Source: Psammoneis japonica (Eukaryota). Taken from it: a DNA stretch of 36,200 nt. Positions 1 through 12,452 of this stretch are shown here, piece after piece. The position numbers and the translations under genes were made by a program. Below the pieces are notes generated by a model. The model ran no database searches. It was not told the DNA's origin and saw only the letters and a list, made by a program, of their open reading frames with translations. The stretch spans positions 238,476-274,675 of the forward strand of contig QPGO01000108.1 of assembly GCA_008632985.1 (NCBI GenBank), read 5' to 3'. The first letter of the stretch is position 1. Each line of letters starts with the position of its first letter.

Positions 1-210
1 GACGATTGGCAGCATCTTCTACTTGATTCACTGCATTATCGTTGCCGTTTGACAAGGCACTGTCCGCCATGGTGCCTTTTGGTGTTATATTCTTTTGCAG
101 CTCGTCGAATTAGCTTCGAGACGCGACACAGCAAAAACCGCGGCGGCGCCCGCCAACGTCCAACGTCTTCGGTCGTTCTGTGTTGACGAGCTCGAGATTC
201 CGGATTCCAT
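1..210 (-). CDS. Possible 5' part of a gene running off the left window edge
   Basis: Minus-strand open frame ...MADSALSNGNDNAVNQVEDAANR continues to position 1; divergent from the SDR gene. No recognisable motif. Confidence 0.3.
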
Positions 211-289
211 CAATGATTGACACCACTTCAAAATTTCAAAAAATCTCAAATTCTTTTTCTCACAATCTTCTCTTTCTCCGCATCGCATC

Positions 290-1170
290 ATGTCACCTCC
301 CCAGCACGCCTTTGCTGCCATTCGTTTCTTGCTTTTGGCTTTGCTTGTTCTATCATATCGTCCAACGAATTCTTTGGTAATGAGCATGGGCATCAATGGT
401 CCTTCTCAGCAAGCCGTTTGCGCAGGCGAGCGTCTCGTGGTTGTCACGGGTGGTTCACGGGGCATTGGTAGAGCCACCTGCATGCTGCTCGCGTCCAAGG
501 GTTACAATGTAGCAATCACAGATATTCTACCAGCCGATTCTGTTGTAGAGGAAATCACATTGCTCAAAAGGATGACGAAAAGTGCGGCAAGGTACTCTCG
601 TTTGTCGCGGACATTTCGCAGCAAGACCAAGTGGCAAAGTTTTGACGACATTGTTAATGCTTTGGAATGATCCCGACGGGACTCGTGAACAACGCAGGAG
701 TCATGGAAAAGATGGAAAAGGACATTACAAAGATTGACAGCGCCACGTTGGATCGAGACTTTGGTGTCAATGCGTACGGGCCGTTCTTTTGTATCAAGGA
801 ATTTGTCAAACGCATCCGCGTCCATCGTGAAAAGGGAGGTTCGGGAGGTACGATTGTCAATGTGTCCTCGGTTTCCGCTGAGTCCGGACAACCGCTGGCC
901 TATGCCATGTCCAAAGGAGCGCAAGAGTCTCTCATGTTCGGCTTGTCGAAAACGTTACCCGTTCAAGAGGGGATTCGAATCAATACAGTGGTGCCCGGAT
1001 TGATTGATACACCCATGGCTCCTGAAGGTCAGGCGAAACGTTTTGAAGAGTACATCCCTTTGCGACGGGCTGGCCATGCGACTGAGGTCGCAGAAGGCAT
1101 AGCTTTTCTGCTCTCTGATGCTAGTAGCTATTGCAGTGGAGCCAAGCTAAGAATCGCCGGTGGCATGTAA
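290..1170 (+). CDS. Short-chain dehydrogenase/reductase (classical SDR), with apparent single-base frameshifts at ~570-665
   Basis: VVVTGGSRGIG (TGxxxGxG), LVNNAG, IVNVSS, YAMSK (YxxxK), IRINTVVPG and a typical SDR C-terminus. The linker reads DDEKCGKVLSFVADISQQDQVAK only after frame changes. Hydrophobic N-terminal presequence. Confidence 0.88.
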
Positions 1171-1368
1171 CATACGCTTTGTTCACTTCGTCAATGGGCT
1201 AACTTCCGTTCATAAGTATCAAATCATCAAATCCGAGGTACTACAGTATCATTGTTGTTCCCTACCGCTATAAGTAGATTACTACCTCTAAAAGTATGTG
1301 TCAGAATACACACCCGTGTTTTCCTTAACGATGTCCTACAGTCGCACCCATACATTTTGCGGCTTCCC

Positions 1369-3757
1369 CTATTCTTGCTTGGCGACATCAGCATTGAATT
1401 GCCAATCCGGTGGAACCGCCATGGCCCAATTGAATTTGTCCCGCAACGTCTTGGAGAAAATCTTTTCAATCGGGACTTCGTTCCTCTTGCACCACGCTAC
1501 CGAGATTCGCGGGTCCATGTAGTTAATCTGATTATGACGAGCCGAGGAGGAGGCACGTAAGCACCACGACATGAACAAAAATAACCTATACCAGACCAAA
1601 ACAGCAATGCTACTCACCTTGGACGTTCCCAGCGACACCTCCTTGTTGTCGTCCTTGTGCTTCAAGTCCATTTCCATCTTTGTAATTTTCGCACTCCAGG
1701 CCTTGATTCGTTTGGCAACCTGGTCTACGGTTGGAATCTTCTCCCATAGATGTGCTTGGGTAAACTTGGCTTCTGCGGCATCGCGCTTCTGTTGCTTGGC
1801 AGCCTCGTCCGCTTCCGTAGCAGCAATCTTTTCGGCATTCGTCTTGGCCTCCTCCTTGAGACGCTTGGCACGAGCCACGGCGGCATTGGCAGCCTCGACC
1901 ATATCCTTGGGCGACTTTTTGAGCGGAATCTTCTTTGTGTCGCCATTGGTGACCATTTTTAGAATTTTCTTCAACACCTTCTTTTGACCCTTGAGTTTCT
2001 GAAGCTTGGCACTAATGTTCTCCAGTTGAGTTTCCTGCGCCTTGCTAACGGACCGTTGATGGTTACACAAAATGGCAACCTCTCTGTTTGCATTGTTGTA
2101 CTCGACAACCTTCTGCGCAGGCGTAAGGCTATTCCACGCGGCAAGCTCTTCTGTCTTGGACAATTCGTCTTGAAGAGTCTTCGATGCGTTGTACGTACGA
2201 AAGACTTTGGCAGACAGTCCATCCATGAACTGCTTTAGATGCGTATTCAACATGGTCGGTGTAACAAGGTCGAACACTTGCTGGGTTGATTTCTTCTTCT
2301 TGCAGAAACTCTTGAGATTGTCATAAACCTTGGCGCCCATGCCATTGTCGTCGTTGTACATTGCAGCTCCAAAGTCAATCGTCTGCTTATACAACATGGA
2401 ATCTTTACCTAGAAATTCCAATTCAATCTCCTTATTGTCGCCACCCTCCTCGTTGGGATCAAACTTGAAATGTTCGACGCGGAGGGAGCAGCATCCGACT
2501 GTGTCAGCCTCTTCGTCTGTATCTTTCTCTCCTCCCACACGGAGAGCCAAGCGATCAATGACCCAAACACACGTTGCCAACTGCTTGGCCTCCATATCCT
2601 TGGACTTGAGTTGCTTCTTGTAAGACTTGCGGATCTTATCGATATTCTTACACAACAGTGCTGCCTTGTTGTACTTGGATCGGTCCGACTTGCCCTTGAA
2701 GGAGGATTGAGCCGCCAGCTGCATGTACTTGACTTGGTTGTTGATGTTCTCCTTCCACTGAGCGAGCCATTGCACTTGCGGATCGTGTCGAACGTGACCC
2801 CAAGCATGTCCGGGAACCGGGCATCTTGGAACAGCAGCGCATTCCGAAACGTTCAAAAACACTTGTTCCGGCATGACTCGTGACTTGAGCTTTCCCATTT
2901 TGGGATGCTGGCCACGTCCACGAAACGCACCGGGAGGCTCCATATTAAAGTTGCCAACCCTCTCGAGATGCCCATCGACAATGGCATAACCAAACTTGAA
3001 CAACGCCTGATTGCGGTCTTCCTTGTTGGCTTTGCGCTCTTCGTCGGTAATGGCCTTGCGGATTATCTTTTGCTCCTCCAAGTGGCGCGAAATGGGCGAG
3101 AAGTCACACTTCTTAAAGTCCTTGATGACGTGACCTTTGCCCAAGACGGCCTTAAAGTCGGTAAAGAAGTTCTTGATGAAAATGGGAGCCGTGTCCTTGT
3201 TTCCCAGATGCATGCCTTCGGGGTCCATGGCGGCGAAAAAGGTTGCTCTGTGCGGCAGCGAGGGAGTCAAAGTTAGTCGTAAGTTTTCAAAGAAAGAGAG
3301 CCGACAGGAGCAGCAACTTACGCTTCTTCCTGAGCTGGATTCAGATCCACTGGTTCTCCGTTATACAGCATCTTGACTCCATGAGGCACATAAGGTTCAG
3401 GAAAGGACACACCAGCGTGTTCCATGGTTCCCCACTGACATCCAGGCGGAGGATCTTGAGCATCCCACCATAGGAAAGACTGCATCGCATACTGAAGACG
3501 CTCAGACTTGTCTAGTTTCTTGAGTTCTCGTTTCTTTGTAGAAGAAGAAGATGATTTTGCAGCAGGCTTTTCAGTCTTGGCTTTCTTCTTCTTCTTCTTA
3601 TCCCCATTGGAAGTAGCTTCTTCCTTATGCTTACGCTTCTTACGCTGCTGCTCGTGGCAGGTTCGGGCTTGACTGCCTTCTTCTTTTTCTTCTTGGGAGT
3701 CGGATTACGAAGCTTCCCGAGAGGTTCGTCATCAGAGAAATCAGAGTCGGACTCCAT
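1369..3757 (-). CDS. TOP1: DNA topoisomerase I (type IB); introns 1528-1617 and 3248-3321; frameshifts in the 5' exon
   Basis: [70 protein letters not shown]; splicing gives GTSK|INYMDPR (catalytic Tyr). Both introns are GT-AG. Likely start [13 protein letters not shown] at 3757. Confidence 0.96.
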
Positions 3758-4635
3758 GGTTTAAGAGGATCAGATCTTGGTTCAGGCCGCCGATGGATGA
3801 TTCGCAAAACTCCAACGTCTTCGTTGAAATGGCTAAGTCGAAAAAGTGCCGTCCCTCTTCTTGTCATGATGAAAAGGGGCGTTCACACGTAGAATTTCAG
3901 TACAAATCTACGGAGGATGACCACGCTCAAAAATGGTGAAGTCGAAACCAAGCCGGCTGGTCTCTCCGTAGAATTGAGTATGCATTCTACATACATAAAA
4001 AGTCAGTAAGTTTTGTACATGTGATCGGTGACGAGTGCGACGGAAGCAACCCGGATATATATATATCTTCTGAATTCGGGTCGTCTGGCCGACCCACCTT
4101 CAATGTACCCCAAATAACACTATCGGTAATCTCTCTCTAGCTAGAGTAGAGAGAGCTAGAAACTGTACTCATAGCTCTACTCTAGACTAGACTACTTCTA
4201 GAGTTAGCCCTACTAGAGACTACAGTAGGTGGAGCTCTTTTGACGAGTCCTTTTCCTTCAAACTCCTGAACTAGTCTCTTTGATGAACTGCACAGTGGCA
4301 AGCTGCGTCTGTCTCTAGCTGGAGGCTCTAGGGGGGGATGAGTGAGTGAGGCATCAGGCACATGATTTCAAACCTGAGAAATGGCCATGTCGGCCCTACC
4401 GCCCTGATAGTTTAGTCTTTTCTCATTTCGCCAGTCCTGTTGTCGTGTCGTGTAGCAAGTGCTCGAACGAGAATTGCGAGAATGCACTCCCTTGACAATC
4501 GTGCGTTGATCAAGTCTCAGGATAAGGTAGCCTATACCTTGGGCTCACAGACCCGACCGTCAAATGGGCTGCTCCATTTTCAGCTTTTAACAATGGCGCA
4601 ATGGCCCATTGGTCTATCGCTTCGAATCAAACTCG

Positions 4636-5681
4636 CTACAATCTTGGTTCTGATGACCGCTCATTGCTTCGAGAAACATACATCGGATCCAAATCGAGCA
4701 TTGCAACTGTGAGTTCCTTTGGTGTATCAGTGACTGACGACGATTCCTTGCCACAAATGAGCTCGTGACGGGGACCAGAACATGTCCTTCCAGTAACGGG
4801 GGTAAAGGCAGCAACTGTTGGAGGCAAACCCAGTCGTTCTAGTTCCTGCAAGAAAGCAGGTCGTCCAGCTCTGCCAGGACTGTCTCCAATCAATACTCGA
4901 CTTCCCCGACGGAGAGCCTCCATGCAACGCCGTGCGACGGCCCGTCCCGTGATTGGTTCGTACATGACATCGGCAGCAACAACAACGTCGGCGGGAGGGA
5001 GTGGTGTTTCAAAGTCGCAAATGTCAAAATAAGCTAATTTTTTGAAAAACGAGAGTATACAACCTGATGAGAAACTTTCTGTAGAGGGCAGTCAACTCAA
5101 GCGTACACAAGCTCACCAGTTTCAATCGGAGCACCGACTGGATTCAAGGATTCGGCTGCATAGTCCAACAACTTGAGCGGCACACTTTCGTAGTCGGTCG
5201 CAATCACTTTCTCGGCACCCCCAAGAGACGCTGAAATAGAAACAAGACCCGTGCCTGCTCCTAATTCCAGTACCGAAACACCCTGAAGAGGTTTCTTTGT
5301 TTTTGACTTTGATGTTGCGAGCAATCGATCCGCAATGGCGGAGGCTGCTGGCCACAACACTGCCCCATAAGGATCGCCAGAATTTAGCGCAAGGTCCTTG
5401 TCCGACGAGCCTTCTTCTTCTTCTTCTTCTTCTTCAAGCGCCATGTCTACAAGAACTTCTTGAGATTCTGCAGTCGCCTCGAGAATTGTGACGGTCCCAA
5501 CAATTTCAATTTGAATCGGCACCTCGACGCATTCAATTCCATCAACGACATGCCTCGCGGCGGCGGCGAGTAGATTTCTCTGACGATAAAATCGTTCTTG
5601 TCGGCTCGGAATATTGATAAATGCGGAAACGCCATTCGTTAATATGAACGAGCAAAGAAACAGAAAGAAAAGCCACCGCAT
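4636..5681 (-). CDS. SAM-dependent protein lysine methyltransferase (METTL21/Methyltransf_16-like); intron 5034-5116
   Basis: DPYGAVLWPAA, VLELGAGTGLVSI, VIATD and, after splicing, ADVVVAADVMYEP. N-terminal signal peptide followed by SA-F, resembling a diatom plastid-targeting motif. Confidence 0.88.
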
Positions 5682-6081
5682 GACATACAGCAACTCAACA
5701 AGAAAACAAAAACAACGACAACTGTTCGTGTTGTGCAGTTTTTGTTCATTCCAAAATCGAAAAAGGATTATTCGTGAGCGAATAATACATAACATTTTTG
5801 GAATTTCAATGTTATCCACGTTGACGATGAACGCGACATGATAACATTTCCAATATCAACATCCAAAGACGAATACAGTTAATGATCACAAATCTCCATC
5901 CGACCTCGCTCTGAAGCTTGAGCTCTGAGCATGCAACATTCAACCCTCGAGCCCCAAGTAAGAACCACAACAATGGTGTACCTCATGCTTTGATCTCACT
6001 TGCTCACCTCCGATAGCCCGACCAAGCTACCTAACGTAACAAGACATCACAGAACTCTTTATTGGTTTTGAGCTCTTCCCA

Positions 6082-6996
6082 ATGTCGAGAAGATCAAGTT
6101 CGCTCTCCGCAAGCAAATATGAAGAGACAATCGTTCCTCTTTTGGCTCGACGGTCTTGTCATTTGCCAGGCAACGGTTGGTGTGCCGATTGGGTTCAATA
6201 CATGCGGAACAACCACATCCTTTTCGGTATTTGTCTCCACCATCCACTCCATCCGTTGGAATGGTGGGAACGAATCATTGCACTTGTTGGATCTATTTCT
6301 TTCGGGTAAGTATATGTGAGCACAAACGTGTGAATTGAAAATGTGATGTGTAGTAATTCCTGAGTGCTGACTTGCCTTTTTAAAAATCGTGTTTTTCCCA
6401 GTCTGATCATGACAAATCTTGCCTACTTGTTTGACGGGTACGACGAAGAGCAAATGAGTGAATCCCTCATTCACGTGACTGATGACATGGTCCTTACCAA
6501 AGGAATGGTCTTCTTGTGGACGGTTGGAGGCGCCCTTCATTCTTGCTTTGATGTAATCGTGTGGAAAATAATGGCATGTGCTTGCTGTCACCCGGGGGGT
6601 ATATTTGGCTGTAGCCGTTGCGCCAACAAGTTTAAGGACTGCGGTAGCTACATGTTGATCCCTTTCATGTTGATCGTGGTGGGTATCGCGACATTTGTTG
6701 TGTTGAAGAGAGCATCCGAAAGTGGAGACGGCAGCAGCAATGGCGACGGGGAAGGAGGTGATTCTACATTTCTTTGGGATGATATTGACGGCTTCAAGTT
6801 TTTTTCGTTCCTCTCAAAATATTTTATCGAGCTGACACTGGCATGGCTCCTCTACTTCCCATCGGTCGGCACGATTGTATTTTCCGGTGTGCTTGGCTGT
6901 CTGCCAGGTCTTGGTGGGCGACCAAGAGACAAAAAAGTAGTGGAGGAAGAATTGGGATTATCATCTAGTTCGCATCCCTATTCAAGATGGGCTTAA
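6082..6996 (+). CDS. Uncharacterised multi-pass membrane protein; intron 6306-6401; true start probably further upstream (~5973)
   Basis: Exon 1 (NNHILFGICLHHPLHPLEWWERIIALVGSISFG) joins in frame via GTAAGT..CCCAG to exon 2, which has several hydrophobic helices. Confidence 0.7.
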
Positions 6997-7302
6997 CCCC
7001 GAATGTCACTCACAAAGCTTTCGGCACTCGAGTTTGCAAGAAAGTCGTTTGTGAAAAAGAGGTCTTATCCTCAGTTTATCAAACTTTCATGTCATCGAAT
7101 TGATTAGCTTCGAAGATACTTGTTATATTTTTTCTTTGTTGTCTCTATCACAATTTGCTTTCCCAATAAAAAGTCGGTTTGAGATGCGAGATAGAGGTGA
7201 AGGCATGAGCCAAGACGATGTCGCCCTGACAAAACTGAAGACTGTAGAGAAGCTGTAAAGAGACGTGAAGTAGAGTCGGCACAAAACGGAATATCTATGT
7301 GT

Positions 7303-8982
7303 TTATGAGCCCGGCGATCGGAAAATCTCCCTGTAAACATCATCTAACCGGTCACCGCACATGGATCTCAGTATAATCATCCACCATGTTCTTCTAAGAG
7401 CGCTCAAGACTTCCAATCCTGGATGAACCATGTGCTTTCCAATCGAATTTTCAATATTTATCTCTCGATTGTCGGGACGAGCCAATGTCATCCAGTACGC
7501 ATCCATTACTTGAATTGTGTCTTGGTATTCCTTCAAGACGTCAAACGCTATGCTGTTAAAGTGTGCCACCATGTTGGGTGACATGGAGAAGACTTGCTTA
7601 ATGTGTGGAGGCCAACTAAACCCGAAATTGCCGTATCGAAGCCAACCAGCTGTTGTTGACTGAAACACTTTTAATTCTGCCGGATAGTCCGCCATGTATT
7701 GAACAAGCCTCGTAAAGTGCTTTCGATACTCGACCGAGCACGACAGTTCTGTATCGCTTTGGTTCAAGACGTCAGTCCGAATAGCACTGTATTTTTCACT
7801 GCACAATTGTGCAACGTCGTGCAATCCAGTGTTGAAAATGACAAAACGGCGCTCGTCGGGAAAGTTCTCCTTAATGGCATCGAGTTCGGCGGTAACATTG
7901 CTCATCATAACGTGAATTCCTCCACTTGTAGAAATGCGAGTAGATGTAATATCAGGAGAGCCTTCTAGCAAGGACTGCTTGAATTGAATCTGCTGCAAAA
8001 GACTGACGGAATCTCCAACGAATATAACATGCACCGATTGATTCTTGTGATCTTTTCGGCACTGTCCAACGAGCTCGTGAAACTTGTCGGTACCGAGCAA
8101 GCTTGATTGTAGCATGGAGCAATCACTGGGCACATAGTCCATCATGATCCCCAAGGAATTCTTGCTTGACTGGTAGCCCCGAAGGGACACATTTTGGTTG
8201 GTGTTGTTGAAGCCGAGCTCATACCGCCGATTCGAAACCTTGTCCGTCACCACCCATCTCCTCTTGCCATAGGCGGAGTTACTGTCTGTCTCAACAAGTT
8301 GATCCAACAAGCACAGCTTGTGGCTGGTCATTTCACCAACTCTTGATACCTTTGAACTTTCTTGCACCGTGAGTTGAATTGGAAACCCAGAAACGAGGTA
8401 TCCTTCATACGCTGGGCTTTCTGGAACCATCGGATACGAATCGAAGTCAGGAGAATACGACGACACCAAAACCACTTCAACCGTGTAATTCCCAGGATCC
8501 ATTGGGAGAATAACGATGTTGTACGTTCCATCATGATTATCCTCGACCTGGCCGGTAATCACAGCGGGTCCGTATGCGCGAACGTAAAAGTGCGCACCGC
8601 CGTTTGTGCACTTTGCGTGATTGCAAACGATGACAAGCGTCCAAGGCTCGCCAACTTGACCCATCAATGGAGCTTTGTACATCTTGAAATTTCCAGCCAA
8701 GGTTGATTCGGGTCTGCTCCAACCCGTGTATCCAGGCAGTTCGCCGGGCACCAACGAAAGGGACGAATAATCGGCATTACCTCCTAGTGCTTCCTTGACG
8801 GTCGATCGCTCTGGGATACTGTACATGGTCGAAACCACATTTTGATAGACAGCAAACCCCGAGAGGAAGGTCAAAAGGACAACTAGCTTTTGCATCAACA
8901 TCCCTGCTTTTTTATGATGTGTCTTCAAGATTCTCGAGCCATTTTGAAAAAAGTGAGGGTGTGTTGATGTCGCAACAGACAC
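7303..8982 (-). CDS. Type II membrane protein with Ig/filamin-like repeat and SGNH/PC-esterase (NXPE-like) domain
   Basis: 559-aa ORF. N-terminal TM; GQVEDNHDGTYNIVILPMDPGNYTVEV (filamin-like); FVGDS, FNTGLHD and C-terminal HMVHP as SGNH-type blocks. Confidence 0.72.
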   Translation of the reverse strand: MSVATSTHPHFFQNGSRILKTHHKKAGMLMQKLVVLLTFLSGFAVYQNVVSTMYSIPERSTVKEALGGNADYSSLSLVPGELPGYTGWSRPESTLAGNFKMYKAPLMGQVGEPWTLVIVCNHAKCTNGGAHFYVRAYGPAVITGQVEDNHDGTYNIVILPMDPGNYTVEVVLVSSYSPDFDSYPMVPESPAYEGYLVSGFPIQLTVQESSKVSRVGEMTSHKLCLLDQLVETDSNSAYGKRRWVVTDKVSNRRYELGFNNTNQNVSLRGYQSSKNSLGIMMDYVPSDCSMLQSSLLGTDKFHELVGQCRKDHKNQSVHVIFVGDSVSLLQQIQFKQSLLEGSPDITSTRISTSGGIHVMMSNVTAELDAIKENFPDERRFVIFNTGLHDVAQLCSEKYSAIRTDVLNQSDTELSCSVEYRKHFTRLVQYMADYPAELKVFQSTTAGWLRYGNFGFSWPPHIKQVFSMSPNMVAHFNSIAFDVLKEYQDTIQVMDAYWMTLARPDNREINIENSIGKHMVHPGLEVLSALRRTWWMIILRSMCGDRLDDVYREIFRSPGS

Positions 8983-9164
8983 ATTTTACGTCTTTTTCAT
9001 CAACAAGAACAAAACATTCAATCGCTATATATACAATGATGAAAGCAAGGATAAAGTACTCATATTGCGTACATTTCTACGTACACATGTATCTGGTACA
9101 CAACCGTCCTGCACTCACCCTTTTCGCAGTGTTTTGCAGAAGATTTGTGAGATTGGCAAGCACC

Positions 9165-10001
9165 ATGGCGTCGTCAAAGGAGGCTTCGCCCTTGGCCGTC
9201 GTTGGCGAAGATGCAACCAAGTCGGAAAAAGTCCAATCAATGATTGCACCCTCTTTGTATCGTCTTACTGCCGGTTTACCGCGACGAGAACTCAAGCACA
9301 TTATAGAAGAAGCCAAGGCTTGCGAGGCTGCACTGGAAAAGGAGATTGAAGCGCTTGAAAGCGGCACCAACAAGGTGGCGGTTGACGTAATGTTGTCGAC
9401 TGAAATTACATCAGCTGATCGATATTATACCGTATCAGCATTGCTAGGACGCTTACGAGAGCCCGTCGCCACACCCCATCCGCCAAACTCATCACTCCCT
9501 CCAGAAATGCAGAAACAACGCATCACTACTAATGCCGCCTTGGAAGAAAAACAGCAGAAACTTTTGGATATGGAAAAGAATCCCCAATATCATGTCAAAC
9601 AAACAGCTGTAGCTCCTCTCTTGACATGTTGGAAAAAGATATCCTCTCATAGAACAGCCGCCGTGTTTCGGAAGCCGGTCAATGTCCGCGAGGCACCCGG
9701 CTACACGGACCGAATCAAGTTTCCTATTGACTTGTCTCTGATTCGTAAAATGATTACTGGTGGATTCATCAAGAGTTTTTCCGAATTGCATCAGAAAATT
9801 GGGCTCGTTTGTCACAATTGTGTCAAGTACAATGGGCGGGAGAGCGACTATGGGATGGTTGCGAGAGAATTTGAAGCGCATGCCGACGCATGCATATTAA
9901 TGGCTCTGGCGAGTACTAGTCGAACCACGACACCAACAGTCGAAGCACCAAAGCAGGCAAAAGCACCGATCAAGGCTACGAGCGATAAAAAAGCAAGCTA
10001 A
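9165..10001 (+). CDS. Bromodomain-containing protein
   Basis: HRTAAVFRKPVNVREAPGYTDRIKFPIDLSLIRK...NCVKYNGRESDY is a canonical bromodomain. ATG at 9165 lies within ORF 8919-10001. Confidence 0.9.
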   Translation: MASSKEASPLAVVGEDATKSEKVQSMIAPSLYRLTAGLPRRELKHIIEEAKACEAALEKEIEALESGTNKVAVDVMLSTEITSADRYYTVSALLGRLREPVATPHPPNSSLPPEMQKQRITTNAALEEKQQKLLDMEKNPQYHVKQTAVAPLLTCWKKISSHRTAAVFRKPVNVREAPGYTDRIKFPIDLSLIRKMITGGFIKSFSELHQKIGLVCHNCVKYNGRESDYGMVAREFEAHADACILMALASTSRTTTPTVEAPKQAKAPIKATSDKKAS

Positions 10002-10149
10002 CAGCACAAGCTAATCCTAACAAAATAATACGATTACTTGCTTTGCTAACTACTTTCGCGTCCATACGTCCATGGTAAAGTTCATTATCTTTGATCAAGT
10101 TCGGCCATTGCCAATTTGTCTATATTTACTGTACTGTACAAGCATCTAC

Positions 10150-11612
10150 TGCAATGCTTGTGCGTGCAGTCTTTATTTTACGGCGCAATAATTTTTTTCG
10201 CCATTTTCGTCGTGATCAGGAGAAAGGAGCACTGGCAGCGACAGCCATGCAGCTAGGGCCTGGTCGTCGTGGGTACAGCAGCAGACAAGCAAACAGCAAC
10301 CACTGACACAAATCATCAACAGTGGCCCCTGCATGCAGCCACAGCACTCCCATCTCTGTTGTCGCTCCTTGCGAGCCTTCCACTCCATGCTCCCTCGCCC
10401 CTCGCCTGCTTGCCCCATCACCAATGGCTTCCACCCAACCTCTTCCAGCTCACGCTGCAACCCAAGCTCCCCACCTTCTGATCTTGCCTGACTGCTCAAA
10501 CTCTGTGTCTTGACCCTGCTGCAGCGGCACTGCTGACCCGCGCAGAGACCACACTTTTTGTTGCCGCTCCCTTGGGCACAAAACAACCCCATCCAGTGCT
10601 GTCCATGGTGGTCTTTTGCCACTCTGCATGCAGACAATTGGCCTGTTGTCAGGTGTCTGCCAGGCCAACTGTTCAGCCACACACACAACAAACCTGCTGA
10701 CCTCATCCTGGTGCTGCATTCACCCCTCAAATGCCCCGGCCATGTTGGCGTTCAACTCACCCCAGCCACTGCCACACTGATCCTTCCACACCATGCAAGC
10801 ACAAAATGGAAGTTCAGCAGCAATCATGAAACACAGCTTGAATCTGCTGTCATGACCACCATGAGAGCCCTGAGCAGGCACTGGGCACACGCATCACCCC
10901 ACTTGCCTGTCGATCACTTGGGAGCACCTCCTGCTGCTGCTGGTGCTGCTTTGGACACTGCTTGCCATTTGGTGAAGACCAACTGTGCTCAACCCCCAGT
11001 CCCCCCTCAGGGATGCTCCCTGCTTCCACCACAGCCAGGTGGAAGATTGCTTTGTCAGCTGCCCAGACTCCGGGGGCCTTGGTGCTCGCCACACACCATC
11101 GCGCCACTCTCGTCCAGCGGAGCCTTCTTGTTCAGAGTCTCAGCCTTGCTGTGATGAAGTCTCTCACTGACCAGCTAGCCCGTTGCTCTAACGGACTCCA
11201 ATCACGCCTCACAACCCCTTCCCTCAAACCCTTGCCATCATTTCCCTCAGCCAGCAGCCACAGCCACATGATGTGACCCAGTGGTGCAGGCATCGGCAGG
11301 CAGCCCGCCAGCCAGCCAGGCAGGCAGCAGCAGCGTCTGTCCTTCACCGCGCAACAAAACCAACACAATCCAAATTCCAAATCGACAATCGACCATGGCG
11401 CACCATGATGCGTTCTGAAAAGCCAGCTGTTGCCATGGCACATTTTTACTGCTTCTTGTGCATCGTCCTTGGTGTGCGCAGCTCGCACTGTCTTGGGAAC
11501 AACTCAGTTGTCAAGTGCCCTCGAGTTGTTGCGGAACGCACGACTTTGACTCGGCGTGATGTTGCAGCGGCACCATCGCGCTGGGTAAAACGATGCAATC
11601 GTTGCACCAGGC
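10150..11612. mobile_element. Decayed TE-like island, TpA-depleted and CA/TG-rich; boundaries approximate
   Basis: Abrupt loss of TA dinucleotides; many overlapping C/H/Q/W-rich spurious ORFs; short hairpins near both edges. No family motif recognised. Confidence 0.5.
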
Positions 11613-11647
11613 TACAAAGTAGCGAGAATACAGCAATAGCAGCATCA

Positions 11648-12452
11648 ATGGTCAGAGGAGGCGGGATCTTCTCCGGGGAACTAATGGCTCAGAGTGAGTT
11701 TGCATTTATCGGACTACAAGGCGCTGTCCAGCTGGTGTTTCCTCTCTGGTACCTCAAAACAATAAAAAAGTCCACAGCTGTGAATGGAGAAAAGAAAGAC
11801 ATAGCCACATATTTTACAAGAGCACTTGGTTCTATCGAGCTTGGAGTTGCAATCACATTGTACCTGTCTATTATCAAGAAGAGTTCAACACGTCTCTCCA
11901 TCGGCTTTGGTCTCGTCCCTCGCGTGTTGTTCTTCTTGGCCAGCCTTGCCCCCGGTAAACTCAGATCTCTCGGGATGAAAAGCTCCTTCTTTACCTTCAA
12001 CACTGCAGTGACAACATGGGCTACTACTGCACTCCTTTTGAATATTGGAAATCCAGCAATGTCGGCACGTATCTTTTCCTGCATGGCAACGTTGAAGGCG
12101 TCCATTGTTGTCTTTCGTCCAAACAAGGCAAGCACAAAATACCTAGGATTGGACGTGAGCGGCAAAGGTGAGTGAGCGCTAAGTATTGTTCCATGGTGTT
12201 ATAATACCGAACTGGTATCTTTTCATGACACACTTTGCTTCGCTGCGCCATACAGAAATGGATAAAGTCAGATATCTGTGGCGGCTTCTCGGAACAGAGC
12301 TGCTGACGAGTGCAATCCTTATGGGACTCTTGGCCTTTAAAAAAGTATCAGTAACAAGGGCTGCATGGATAGCTGGAGCTGTGTTTCTCTTGCAGCAGTT
12401 GTCCATGTTTGCATTAGATGAAACGTGGCGGAGCGAGATTATATCGGATTGA
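11648..12452 (+). CDS. Uncharacterised multi-pass membrane protein; intron 12168-12255; N-terminus possibly cut off by the upstream island
   Basis: MVRGG start region, several TM-like helices, GTGAGT..TACAG intron joining in frame to exon 2 (EMDKVRYLWRLLG...). Confidence 0.65.

Noticed and set aside
4227..4240. 14-mer AGGTGGAGCTCTTT also present at 12785-12798
   Set aside because: A few repeated 14-mers are expected by chance in 36 kb; no other support.
4360..4410. Possible box C/D snoRNA (ATGATT...CTGA...CTGA)
   Set aside because: Box C is imperfect, there is no terminal stem and I could not identify an rRNA-complementary guide.
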